Part shown: positions 47,164 to 56,801 of the stretch, piece after piece
Layout: every line of letters begins with the position of its first letter
How positions within the stretch are numbered: the first letter of the stretch is position 1
Origin: Candidatus Bathyarchaeota archaeon
GTDB lineage: Archaea; Thermoproteota; Bathyarchaeia; Bathyarchaeales; Bathycorpusculaceae
DNA length: 64,000 nt
Direction: 5' to 3'
NCBI GenBank assembly: GCA_963833575.1
Contig: CAWHXY010000007.1
Coordinates: forward strand, 352,001-416,000
Position numbers and translations under genes: made by a program
Notes under the pieces: generated by a model
Databases searched by the model: none
Seen by the model: the letters and a program-made list of their open reading frames with translations, nothing else
What the model was told of the DNA's origin: nothing

Positions 47164-48003
47164 CTAACCTCTTTCTAAAGATTCAGCCAAGTATATACAA
47201 TTTTTTGCGGTATTTGGACCTAAAAACATTCTAACAACAGAAAAATCTTCCTTAAAACCAACTTCAAGAAGCATATCAATGAGAGCGCGTTCCTTTTTTG
47301 GTAGCGCCAAGAAAACGCTTTTGCCATTCAATTTTGCTAGAACCGATTTCAAAAGCAAATTTGCAACATCGACTTTGCCTTCTTGGCAGACCAATGGTCC
47401 AACCCAAGCCATTTTCTCATAAACAGTGGAGGCAACGTATCCAACAACTTTTTCGCTCTCCGACACATAGTGGCATAAATTTCCTTCTTCATAAATGATT
47501 GCTCTTAAGAGTTTTTTTCTGTCGCCACCAAACCATGTGCTGTCAAACTTAATTATTGATTGAACTGCAGTTGCGGTAGGTTGAGGCAGAGTCTCGGCAG
47601 GCATTGATTGAAGTGTTTCTACGCTCAATATAGAAAAGTCTTCATCCACTTTGAAGCCTAGGCGTCCATAAAAGTCAAGAAGGTCGGGGTAAGCGTAGAG
47701 CCCAATGGTTTTGACTCCTCTGCTTTGCAAATAATCAACAGCTCGCTTAACAAGTAGACTTCCAGCTCCTTTACTCCGGCATTTTTCTTTAACAATTAAG
47801 TTGCCGAACCAGCCGACCTTGCCAAAACTGATACACGTTGCTATACCAATCCGTTCAGAACCGTCAAAAAGAACAAAACATCCTTGAGGCTCAAGATCAA
47901 ACATATACTCAAAGTCTTCAGCAGCCATATTCCAATTCATCGTATTCGCTAATTTTGTTGCAAAAGGAAAATCAGCTGCGCTCATAGCTTTGACTTGAAA
48001 CAT
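47164..48003 (-). CDS. Tandem GNAT-family N-acetyltransferase
   Basis: WFGNLIVKEKCRSKGAG (motif A), FYGRLGF, second GNAT-like half with WVGPLV. Confidence 0.9.
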   Translation of the reverse strand: MFQVKAMSAADFPFATKLANTMNWNMAAEDFEYMFDLEPQGCFVLFDGSERIGIATCISFGKVGWFGNLIVKEKCRSKGAGSLLVKRAVDYLQSRGVKTIGLYAYPDLLDFYGRLGFKVDEDFSILSVETLQSMPAETLPQPTATAVQSIIKFDSTWFGGDRKKLLRAIIYEEGNLCHYVSESEKVVGYVASTVYEKMAWVGPLVCQEGKVDVANLLLKSVLAKLNGKSVFLALPKKERALIDMLLEVGFKEDFSVVRMFLGPNTAKNCIYLAESLERG

Positions 48004-48097
48004 AAAAAATAAACAGTAAACTCTAAGAATTTAAGGATTTGAATATCGACACGTTTTAAAGATGTAACAGTTTCAGCCAAGCAAATAAAAAAGGAAG

Positions 48098-48631
48098 TTA
48101 TTGCCCAGCGGAAAGTGCTGCGGAGAGAGCGTCGGAGCTTTTCTGTATTTCTTTTGTCACACTTGAAAGCATTTTTATTCTATTCTCTAATTTTCGTTTC
48201 TGTTGGCTTGTTAGGTTTTTGAATTTTGGCATAATGTCCTCAACAACAGCTGCTAACAGATCACGGTTTTTTTCTTCGCTCAAGTTTTTGAGTTCTAGGT
48301 GACCGTCGACAAACTGTAATATTAGGTGTCCTGTTGGATCAACGTAGGCTTGAGCTACGTCTCCCAGTTTGGATGGCAATACGAGTTGATTTACTGCTAT
48401 TGAAGGTGATAGGGGCTGCATGAGTTTGAGGAGTGAGGAGAAAAATTGAGTAATTAGAATTTTTTCTTCGGAGCTTAGTTCGCTTATTTGGCCAATGTCG
48501 TCTGCCGTGCTTTTTAATGAGTCGACAAGTTCTTGAAGGGTCACTTGCTTCTTCTTTTCAATTGACGCTGGCTGTGTAGAAGTTAAGACTTCTGTTGGCG
48601 ACTTTACTACTTCTTGAGTCATGTGGATCAA
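48098..48631 (-). CDS. Hypothetical coiled-coil protein
   Basis: 177-aa ORF with helical, heptad-rich ends. Confidence 0.75.
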   Translation of the reverse strand: MIHMTQEVVKSPTEVLTSTQPASIEKKKQVTLQELVDSLKSTADDIGQISELSSEEKILITQFFSSLLKLMQPLSPSIAVNQLVLPSKLGDVAQAYVDPTGHLILQFVDGHLELKNLSEEKNRDLLAAVVEDIMPKFKNLTSQQKRKLENRIKMLSSVTKEIQKSSDALSAALSAGQ

Positions 48632-48888
48632 TTGGAGATAGCGTTCTCAAAACAGAAAAGGGCTTGTATGTCTCAAAATTCATGCACAGAAGTTTGAGTT
48701 TACTAATTATGATGTTTCAGCTAAAAACTAAATTACGTAAATATCCTAAAAAACAAAAAGCTGAAGAAGTAGCGCGCTAGCTCTTAATGATCAGTTGTAA
48801 TTTTCTCGGTTGTTCGTTTTCCCTCTTCTAACCCATATTTTCTCAAGATTTAATACACCGCACAATAAAGGTTTTAAGGAACATCAGC

Positions 48889-48927
48889 CGTCAAGTTCGT
48901 CAGATTCGTCAAATACGTCAAATACGT
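48889..48927. repeat. 9-bp tandem repeat
   Basis: CGTCAAGTT CGTCAGATT CGTCAAATA CGTCAAATA CGT. Confidence 0.7.
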
Positions 48928-49294
48928 GTATTGCTCTATTGTTTTACGGGCAAAAAAGGTGAATAGTAGTTGATAGCAAATGAAGGAGTATCTGACGAGA
49001 AAGAAATATCAACTGATTGAGATAGCAAAAACTCCGAGAAAGAAGATTTTGTACTTGATGCGATGCTCCTATGTATCGTTGTAACATAAAAAAAACACTA
49101 TATCAACAAACAACAAATCTACAAGAAAAACAGTAAGTTATACATAGAAACGTACAAGGTGCATCCAAGTTAGACCTGAAAGTTTCTTTCCTAAATCCAA
49201 TACATGGAACGAATGGATGGCATATCTCAAGTAGTAATTCATAAGATTTATGTATCACAAACCGAACCTCAATATATCTTGGAGGCGGCACTTA

Positions 49295-50320
49295 ATGAGT
49301 TACGGGCATCAAGGGTTAAAAGAAAAAGCTGAAGCAAGCAGGATTCAAGAGGTTTCATCTCTTAAAGAAGATAAATTCAAGGTAACCGTGTCGCTTGACA
49401 AAGAGCGACCGATGTCCAAATGTCCGTTGTACGAAAAATACAACATTCAAAGATATGACCTCCACCCAAATTTTAGTTTTGCTCATTTGGATGACATGAT
49501 TCCGAAGGGTACACCAGAGTACCTTGATCACGGACTTAATTATGTAGAGCGGATTGTACGTGCTCTCTATTATTTCAAGCAGTGTAGCTTAATTGGACCT
49601 TCAGGAACAGGTAAAACGCACATCGTCTACCTAGTCGCTGAATTGACGGGCTTGCCAATTTGGGAAGTAAACTGCGGCTTATCAACTTCTTCATTTGATC
49701 TTATCGGACGATTCATAGGTTTAGGCAAAGAAAACTGGGTAGACGGCTTGCTAACTCAGTGGCTAAGAAAAGGTGGCATAATGTACCTTGACGAAGCCAA
49801 CATGATGAAGCAGGATGTTGCCACTAGACTCAACCCTGTCCTGGACACAAGGGGACATCTTGTTCTAAACGAGAAAGATAGCGAAGTAATCGAACGTCAC
49901 AAATACGGTTACATGATCATCAGCATGAACCCTGCCACCGCTGAATTCTCAGGCACAAAACCCCTAAACGCTGCCATGAGGAGACGCATGGCCGTATGGA
50001 TAAACTTTGACTTCTTAAGCGTCGGTGAAACAATCTCACCTCATGAAGTAGAAATGTTACGCAAAAGAACCAAAGTTGACCAAGATACAGCATACCAAAT
50101 CATTCAAGCAGGTGCTGAGTTAAGAAGACAATACAAAGCTGGCGACTTACCTTATGGTCCATCACTGGGAGACTTGATTAACTGGGCCACATTGGTCAAA
50201 GATGGAAACACTCCAATAGGAGCAGCGGAAGAGACAATTATTGGATTAACCAGCGACAACGTTGAAGTCCAATCTGATGTTCGCAGAATTATAGAGGCAG
50301 TCTTCAACAAATTACAGTAA
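49295..50320 (+). CDS. MoxR-family AAA+ ATPase (CbbQ/NorQ/GvpN-like)
   Basis: GPSGTGKT, DLIG, WVDGLL, YLDEAN, SMNP, LNAAMRRR. Confidence 0.92.
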   Translation: MSYGHQGLKEKAEASRIQEVSSLKEDKFKVTVSLDKERPMSKCPLYEKYNIQRYDLHPNFSFAHLDDMIPKGTPEYLDHGLNYVERIVRALYYFKQCSLIGPSGTGKTHIVYLVAELTGLPIWEVNCGLSTSSFDLIGRFIGLGKENWVDGLLTQWLRKGGIMYLDEANMMKQDVATRLNPVLDTRGHLVLNEKDSEVIERHKYGYMIISMNPATAEFSGTKPLNAAMRRRMAVWINFDFLSVGETISPHEVEMLRKRTKVDQDTAYQIIQAGAELRRQYKAGDLPYGPSLGDLINWATLVKDGNTPIGAAEETIIGLTSDNVEVQSDVRRIIEAVFNKLQ

Positions 50321-50335
50321 TTTGGAGTCATATCC

Positions 50336-52051
50336 TTGGGATTTGTTGATTACGCTTGGGTGGTTTCTATTCAAAAGGACAACACCAAAGTAAAAATATT
50401 GCAAGATGAAGCCTTATCTCAACCACTCTTACTTTCAGATAGTGTCGGCTTCACGATTAAGCTTCCGACCGTTCACGTGTTGGATGACGGAGCTATTTCT
50501 TTTCTTGATCACAAGTTTACGGGAAACAGCATTGGAAAAGCTAGGATGGGCAGGTTGTTTAGGGCGTCAGTCACGCATTTGACAGTGCACACTTTGGCGC
50601 CATTTACTAAAGATAGAATTGTTCCCAACGAAAAGGATTCAATTGTTGAGGCTTATGCCAAGTCATTAATCAACGACACTTACAACAATGCCTACATTCA
50701 AGCATGGCACCCCGATAGATTCTTGGACATTGCTTATGCGAATGCGCTGGCTTACCAAAAGATAAAGGCGTCGGATAGAATCTTTACTTCTTCAACAAAA
50801 CTTATGGCTGCTTTATTGACACAGCTTAACGTTGGCTTAATAAAGAATTCTCCAGGCGAAGAAGAAGAAAAAACAGTGAATAAATTATTTAGCGATTTAA
50901 CTGCGCTTAAAGAAACCTTCTTAATGTCGATAGCTGGCGATGACGTCAAACTTAATGAGCTATTCGACGAAAAAGTAAAGTCTATCAAGAGTTTGCTTGA
51001 GCCGTTTGGCCCGTTTTTAGAAGCACCTTCATTTAGACACACCGAGAGCATGGGTCGCTGCAGCATTTACAGGGAAGTTGAAGAGCCAGAAGATGATTTT
51101 GAAGGCTCTTTTGTGCAATCGCTCATTTGTTTAGGCGGCAATGTACCAAAAGTAGATAACATCGACCAATGCTGGAGACCAGAACAGGAAGCTGAGTCCT
51201 TACAAGCGTTTAATTCTGATCATTACCAAAAGCAAAGAGAAGAAAAAACAATTTCAAAAATAATGCCTTATGTCGGTTGGACCAGATTTAAGTCAGTTTC
51301 TTTTCCTGACGAAGATTATACCCAATATCTTCGGGCAAGAAGTTTGGTGCAAGGAGCAAGCCGGCGACTTCTTGATATTCTTAGATCAGCGTTTAATTAT
51401 CTTGATGAGGATCCAAGGCAAGAAATGGGTCAGCTTGATTTATCCGCTGTAATTCAATCCCTTGCAAGCAACAAACCTGCAACTGACGTGTTTGTGCTTG
51501 ATGAGTTTTTGAAGCCAAGTTTTGCCTGGTCCATAATTTTTGATGTGAGCAGCAGTATGCAGGTGAAAGGGGAATATGGTCGAGCGTTAGCTATAGCTGT
51601 ATCTGAAGCGGCAAAAGAATTAATGACTGACCCGACGTCATGGACATTCTTTGCTTTTAGCGACAAATTCTACATCTTAAAAGACAGCAATGAGTCGTAT
51701 TCAAAGCGAGTTAGAGCAAGAATTGGTGGGTTAAAATTTGAAGGACTCACCTACATCCCAGACGCAGTTACGATGGCTGGAAAAATGCTGGCTAAAAGGT
51801 TTGAAGAGCAGCGCTGTTTAATTGTTATTTCTGATGGGTGGCCATATGGCTACCCCAACATGCCTATTGCCTTGAAGGAATGCGTTGATGATTTGATAAA
51901 GAAAAGTGTTATAGTCATCGGGATTGGAGTTGAAACAGACAGAATGGGCAATTTCTTCCATTTACATAGCTCAATTTACACGCAGAAAGACCTCATCAAC
52001 AAGTTTGGATCAGTTTACGCTAACGCTTCAGCAAAAGCGCTTGAAACTTAG
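50336..52051 (+). CDS. von Willebrand factor A domain protein (NorD/CbbO-like partner)
   Basis: GQLDL; MIDAS DVSSSM...GLTY...VISDGWP; VIGIGV. Confidence 0.9.
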   Translation: MGFVDYAWVVSIQKDNTKVKILQDEALSQPLLLSDSVGFTIKLPTVHVLDDGAISFLDHKFTGNSIGKARMGRLFRASVTHLTVHTLAPFTKDRIVPNEKDSIVEAYAKSLINDTYNNAYIQAWHPDRFLDIAYANALAYQKIKASDRIFTSSTKLMAALLTQLNVGLIKNSPGEEEEKTVNKLFSDLTALKETFLMSIAGDDVKLNELFDEKVKSIKSLLEPFGPFLEAPSFRHTESMGRCSIYREVEEPEDDFEGSFVQSLICLGGNVPKVDNIDQCWRPEQEAESLQAFNSDHYQKQREEKTISKIMPYVGWTRFKSVSFPDEDYTQYLRARSLVQGASRRLLDILRSAFNYLDEDPRQEMGQLDLSAVIQSLASNKPATDVFVLDEFLKPSFAWSIIFDVSSSMQVKGEYGRALAIAVSEAAKELMTDPTSWTFFAFSDKFYILKDSNESYSKRVRARIGGLKFEGLTYIPDAVTMAGKMLAKRFEEQRCLIVISDGWPYGYPNMPIALKECVDDLIKKSVIVIGIGVETDRMGNFFHLHSSIYTQKDLINKFGSVYANASAKALET

Positions 52052-52309
52052 CTTGCCTTTTTTCTCTCTTTGCAGTTGATTTAGCTTAAAAATATCAGAT
52101 ATCTCTAGTTGGTTAATTTTTCTCCCTTTCGCTTCCTCCTCGAGCTTTGTCTCTCCAATAACCTACTCCGGGTCCTAAAGCAACCAAACAAGCCCAAATA
52201 GCCACAAATATTTGACAGCAAGTTGATGCTTTACCACTGAACTGTTGAGAATGAAGCAAAGAAAAGTAGAGAAGTCTGGCTCTTCTTAAATGTGGAGTCT
52301 GAATTCAGA

Positions 52310-52377
52310 TTCTCAAGTCGTAATTATATTATATATAGACGGTCAGAATTGGGTGACAAGACCCCAAATATTGAGAA
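52310..52377 (+). promoter_or_regulatory. TrmB promoter: TATA box bracketed by TTCTCAA and TTGAGAA
   Basis: TTCTCAA 52310-52316; TATATTATATATA about 52326-52338; TTGAGAA 52371-52377; another TTGAGAA at 52245. Confidence 0.5.
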
Positions 52378-52393
52378 CAAAAGTTGACCCCCT

Positions 52394-53278
52394 ATGGCAC
52401 TATTAATGGAAAAACAAGAAATAAAGAAAGTGTACAACAACCAAAACGATTCATGGAAACTAATGAAGAAAGATCAAACCTACAGCAAACAATTAACAAC
52501 CATTGAAGAAACACTTTCCCGTTTTGGACTCCTCAAAAACGAGATTAAAGTATACCTGCATCTAGCAAGAGCGGGCGAAAAGAAAGCTGGAGAAATAGCG
52601 GAAGCAATTTCACTTCATCGAACTGAAACCTATCGAATCTTACGAGATCTTGAGAAAAAAGGAATAGTTTTTTCTATTTTTGAGAAACCGCTAAAGTTCA
52701 CCGCTGTTCCATTGGATAAAGCCATAGATTTGCTTGTCGATGCACAAAAAATACAAATCAGGCTACTGGAACAGGAAAAAACAAATCTAGTTGAACTTTG
52801 GCAATCTATGCCTCAACCCAAATTAACAGACACAAAAAAAGAAATGTTTCAAATGCTTGAGGGTGAACAACAGGTACTCATGAAAGCTAATGAATTACTT
52901 GAAAGAACAGAAAAAGAGTTTCAAGTCTTTGCGTCTGCAGATTACCTATCCCAGCTGTACTACAGCGATTTCTCAGACAAACTCAAAGCACAAGCTAATA
53001 AAGTCAAAGTTTCATTGGTTACTGATGATTCGCTTAAAAGTGCATACTTCACTGGGCAACTGCAATGGCTGAGTGGACAGCACAAAATTATTGACGACCG
53101 AAACTTACCGTGCTTCATGATCTCTGACAACAAAGAGGTACTAATAGCATTTCACGAAAAAGATGCAGAAAACGACGAAGATGCAAAAAAGAAGTTCAAG
53201 ACAGCCGCGCTATGGACAAACTACAGTGCCTTCACTAAAGTTCTGGGAATGTTATTTTCCAAAATGGCTGGAACTTGA
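52394..53278 (+). CDS. TrmB-family transcriptional regulator
   Basis: LSRFGLLKNEIKVYLHL...EIA...RTETYRILRDLEKKGIV...PLKFTAVP winged HTH; C-terminal effector domain (FMISDNKEVL). Confidence 0.92.
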   Translation: MALLMEKQEIKKVYNNQNDSWKLMKKDQTYSKQLTTIEETLSRFGLLKNEIKVYLHLARAGEKKAGEIAEAISLHRTETYRILRDLEKKGIVFSIFEKPLKFTAVPLDKAIDLLVDAQKIQIRLLEQEKTNLVELWQSMPQPKLTDTKKEMFQMLEGEQQVLMKANELLERTEKEFQVFASADYLSQLYYSDFSDKLKAQANKVKVSLVTDDSLKSAYFTGQLQWLSGQHKIIDDRNLPCFMISDNKEVLIAFHEKDAENDEDAKKKFKTAALWTNYSAFTKVLGMLFSKMAGT

Positions 53279-53320
53279 TCGGCTAATTAGCCGACTTCTG
53301 GTTTTTTATTTATTCTTTTG
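53279..53320 (+). terminator. Palindrome plus U-rich tract after TrmB
   Basis: TCGGCTAATTAGCCGA perfect 16-bp palindrome followed by a T-rich run. Confidence 0.5.
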
Positions 53321-53348
53321 TTAGGTTCAGTTACCCTGATTTTGCCGA

Positions 53349-53661
53349 TTATTTACTATTTCCTTTATGGCGTAGCTTAGATACCACAAAGAAAGCTAAA
53401 AGCAAAATAACCAGCACGACAACAGAATAAACGATAAATTGTAAACTTGAAAAGCCGGAGCTGGTTTGGGAAGAATCGATTTTAACAATATAGAAGTCGT
53501 ATTGCGCCTTGCCAATTAAGTTAGGTTGCCATGACATACTGGTTTTTGCCAGTTTCTATAACGCTGTAAGCTTCCTGGTAACCTGCATCCCCTTGAGTGA
53601 CACTCCAGAGAACTTGTCCTGAATCGATGATTTTGAAAAGCGCGATGCTTAGGTGATTCAT
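53349..53661 (-). pseudogene. C-terminal remnant of a membrane-anchored beta-propeller-repeat protein
   Basis: LFKIIDSGQVLWSVTQGDAGYQEAYSVIETGKNQYVMA, frameshift, then IGKAQYDFYIVKID plus TM and KLRHK. Confidence 0.55.
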
Positions 53662-53666
53662 TCTGA

Positions 53667-55304
53667 TTATCTTCCAATCAGGTAGTTGTCAGTCGTGAAT
53701 GTAACCGCTGGTTTGTCTGTTTGTTCAGCTATGTAACTTGTAGAAGTGGCAATACCATCAACGTAATTGTTTAAAGCTATTGTGGCTGGAGACGGAGAAT
53801 AGGAGCCCACTTCCAGTATGTGAGAACCCCCGTCAGCGTTGTTGGTTAAGCCAGTTACGTCGGTAACTTGCGTATTGTTAACCCACATGGCCACTTCGCC
53901 GTCGCCAGCGCCAATCTTGCACATGATTTCCAAATGATACCAAATACCAACAGAAATGCTTGAACTTAAAGAGCTGTCAACGTAACTGTAAGCTTGAGTG
54001 TTACTATTCCAGTATTTGAGACACCAAAGATATTGCCCAGCATTATTATGAATATAAGAAGAAGACAAATTGTACCTGTTAATGCTGTCCAACGTTATTC
54101 CGGCCATCAAATAGTTGCCAGAAGAAGGCAGAGCATCTAAACAAACATAACCGGACAAATACAATGTAGAATAACTTGATCCTAAATCCTTTACTATAAT
54201 GGCGGATGCTCCAGCTCTGGCTGGCAAAGTGAATTTAGCAACGTTGTCTCCGCCATAGGGAGATGTCGTTTGAACACTTTCTGCTCCACCCCGGCTGTTT
54301 GAAACTCCTGACCATAAACTGAAATCTTTGCTGTCAAAGCTGTCGTTAAAGAGGGCAGGAGTAGGAGTGGGGGAGGGCGCAGGGCTAGGCGAGGGACTTG
54401 GGCTAGGAGAAGGGGTAGGACTTGAAGTTGGAATAGGTGATGGAGAGGGACTATGTGAAGGAGTAGGGGTAGGTGATTCTGTTGGAGTTGGAGTAGGAGA
54501 TAGGCTAGGAGAAGGAGTAGCAGTGGGTGCAGGTGATTGGACCGGATTGGGAGAGCATGTTGCGTTTGTTCCAACTGTTATGCCGCGTTGATCCTGACAA
54601 TACATGGAAACAAGAAGGGGTCCGCTTTGCTGGCTTGTTTCGGCTTGAAAGGATACAGTATAGGTTCCATTGCCCAAATTATTGATACTTGGCGCCTCAA
54701 CTTTTAGCCAATAAGCTACATTCTGGAAATAAAATGTGAAGTTTTGTGCTAGTGCTGGTTTGTCTTCATTGAGTACATTAATTGTTAAGTTTGCTTGCTT
54801 AGAAGTGTCGTTCAACTGCAAATATTGTCCGGATAAATTAACTTCTGAAGTTATGTTACCATTATACTGCGAAGTTGAAGTGGTTGATAAACCTGAAGAA
54901 CTAAAATCAAAGCTGACATAAATGCTTGAGATTCCTTGACCATTGGTTCCTTGGGAAATCCATACACCATTTTGGTAAGGTGAAGTATTTAGTAGTGTGT
55001 AATCCATTTGAACCAGAGCTTGGTAAGAGTGAGAAGTGATTGCTGAATTCAACTCGTTGAGGTCAGCGGCTAAAACTCCTTCGTTGCCGCCACCGCTAAT
55101 ATTTGCCAAAGCGCTAATCAGTGTGCTTTTTATGTTTTGTTCATAAGCTGAAAAAACTGTTTCACCACCATTTTCAGATATCGGTACGCCTTTTCCAGTT
55201 TCAATGACATACATGGCGGTGGAGAGCAGAAGCAAGGCTACGAGTAATGCTGTGATTATAATCACTTGACCGGAGTTGTCTTTTCGCAGGTTGCGTTTTT
55301 TCAT
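53667..55304 (-). CDS. Pilin-like protein with Pro/Ser/Thr stalk and C-terminal LamG/lectin-like domain (putative adhesin)
   Basis: [27 protein letters not shown] class III signal; about 65-aa PSPTP linker; FNDSFD...WYHLEI...GEVAMWVNN...YVD jelly-roll pattern. Confidence 0.75.
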   Translation of the reverse strand: MKKRNLRKDNSGQVIIITALLVALLLLSTAMYVIETGKGVPISENGGETVFSAYEQNIKSTLISALANISGGGNEGVLAADLNELNSAITSHSYQALVQMDYTLLNTSPYQNGVWISQGTNGQGISSIYVSFDFSSSGLSTTSTSQYNGNITSEVNLSGQYLQLNDTSKQANLTINVLNEDKPALAQNFTFYFQNVAYWLKVEAPSINNLGNGTYTVSFQAETSQQSGPLLVSMYCQDQRGITVGTNATCSPNPVQSPAPTATPSPSLSPTPTPTESPTPTPSHSPSPSPIPTSSPTPSPSPSPSPSPAPSPTPTPALFNDSFDSKDFSLWSGVSNSRGGAESVQTTSPYGGDNVAKFTLPARAGASAIIVKDLGSSYSTLYLSGYVCLDALPSSGNYLMAGITLDSINRYNLSSSYIHNNAGQYLWCLKYWNSNTQAYSYVDSSLSSSISVGIWYHLEIMCKIGAGDGEVAMWVNNTQVTDVTGLTNNADGGSHILEVGSYSPSPATIALNNYVDGIATSTSYIAEQTDKPAVTFTTDNYLIGR

Positions 55305-55729
55305 GTTGATCCGATCTCCGATAATTGCAGGCGCAACACGTAGAATGTGTAGCTGCTGTTTTGGCTTACACAAATGTAATCTACTGAAGTCACTTTGTCA
55401 TTTACGGCACCTGCATTTGATATTGGAAATGGGGTTAGAGTGTTCATTTCTTGATCGAACACTGTCAAGTTAAACCATGTAGTAAGCGGAAGAGCGGATT
55501 CAACACATTCTTTAAGCGTTGTCCAATCTCGGTTATCAACTATGGCTGCTAAGTGCCCATTGCTGTCTAAGCTTAACAGAATATTATTTGCGGTTGAAAC
55601 AAGATTTCCTGGTGGATTTTCCAGGTTCGACGGGGCTGGAACAAGCGCTAGGCAGGACATAAGAAGGATTGACGCGAAAAAAGCTTCAATTAATCGCACT
55701 ACTCCCTTTTTATCTCTTACCAACTTCAC
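55301..55729 (-). CDS. Minor pilin-like protein
   Basis: [23 protein letters not shown] class III signal peptide. Confidence 0.75.
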   Translation of the reverse strand: MKLVRDKKGVVRLIEAFFASILLMSCLALVPAPSNLENPPGNLVSTANNILLSLDSNGHLAAIVDNRDWTTLKECVESALPLTTWFNLTVFDQEMNTLTPFPISNAGAVNDKVTSVDYICVSQNSSYTFYVLRLQLSEIGST

Positions 55730-56787
55730 GGAGGCACATCTCCGAGACTTATATCTAGCTTACAGAGAACACCATTGACTGTTACAATGTAGCTGAAGAT
55801 GTTTTGTTCTGATCCAGCAAAGTTAGAGCCAGCCGTTAAAGGTATTTGGGGATAAGCCGTCCATTCTTGAAAATATGAGTCGTTTTCCAATCCGTAGATT
55901 ATTATGACAAAAGGACTGTTGTCAATTAAGTTTGGAAGCTGAATTTGCGAAGAATTTTGTACGTTTTGAATGTTTATAATGCTTTGGTCTTCGTAATTGT
56001 AAGAAAAGATGTAGCAGCCTTGGACCGTTAAATCAGACGAGTTCGTTGATAAGTTGAGCACGTAATTTAGTGGACTCAAATCTAAAAGGTCGTTATTCGG
56101 GGTTGATTCTTGCGATGAATTTGATATATTATAAATAGCATAGGAAGTTATTCTGTTGTCAAAAGACGATCTTGCGAAAACTATGAGGTTTGAGTTCGCA
56201 GATGATCCAATTGGAATTTGGGTATTGATGAAGCCAAGTCCAACGTCTGAAGTGGTGGCATTGTTTTGAAAGCATAGATAGTTATTTGCAACTATGTAGC
56301 ATTGCAGAGTAGCCGATACGGGTTTGCAAGCGATGCTTGTTAATACTGTGAAGCCCAGATTTTCATTGTTGCCTATTGTGCTGTTGCCTGATTGCTGAAT
56401 GTTGATTGATATTATTTGAGAAACTGTTATTCCCAAAGCTATGTTGTTCAATTTAGCTGCGTTTTCCATGTCAAAGTAAGATATGGAGTATTTGTTTAGG
56501 TTGTTTAATCGAGTGAGTTTATCCATGTCTAATTCGTATGGGGTAGTAGAAGAGCTGGCCGCTAACCCAAAGTCGGAAGGAATAGTGTTACTGGTTCCCC
56601 AGTTGGTTGGGAATCCTAGGTTGGTTATTATGTGGTTGGCGATGGCCTGCAGGTAGCTTTCTTTGTTGATATCTTGTGTTGTGTTTATGCTTGTTTGCAA
56701 AGTTGAGGATGTATAGGCAGTTGCTATCAAAGCTATTGCTACAATTATTGTGCATGCAAAGAAAGTGTCAATGGAGGTGGATGGCAA
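55726..56787 (-). CDS. Pilus-associated membrane-anchored protein
   Basis: SIDTFFACTIIVAIALI N-terminal TM; GFPTNWG...FGLA; translationally coupled within the operon. Confidence 0.7.
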   Translation of the reverse strand: MPSTSIDTFFACTIIVAIALIATAYTSSTLQTSINTTQDINKESYLQAIANHIITNLGFPTNWGTSNTIPSDFGLAASSSTTPYELDMDKLTRLNNLNKYSISYFDMENAAKLNNIALGITVSQIISINIQQSGNSTIGNNENLGFTVLTSIACKPVSATLQCYIVANNYLCFQNNATTSDVGLGFINTQIPIGSSANSNLIVFARSSFDNRITSYAIYNISNSSQESTPNNDLLDLSPLNYVLNLSTNSSDLTVQGCYIFSYNYEDQSIINIQNVQNSSQIQLPNLIDNSPFVIIIYGLENDSYFQEWTAYPQIPLTAGSNFAGSEQNIFSYIVTVNGVLCKLDISLGDVPP

Positions 56788-56801
56788 ATTTTGGTTTCTC
56801 C

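Noticed and set aside
49295-50320. Gas-vesicle GvpN or Rubisco activase assignment
   Set aside because: No gvpA or Rubisco gene in the window, so only a family-level MoxR call is supported.
52261-52273. 13-bp match GAAAAGTAGAGAA with 1067-1079
   Set aside because: A single purine-rich low-complexity match that is plausible by chance.
54355-54550. GGAGTAGGG-like DNA repeats
   Set aside because: Fully explained by the Pro/Ser/Thr linker codons on the minus strand.
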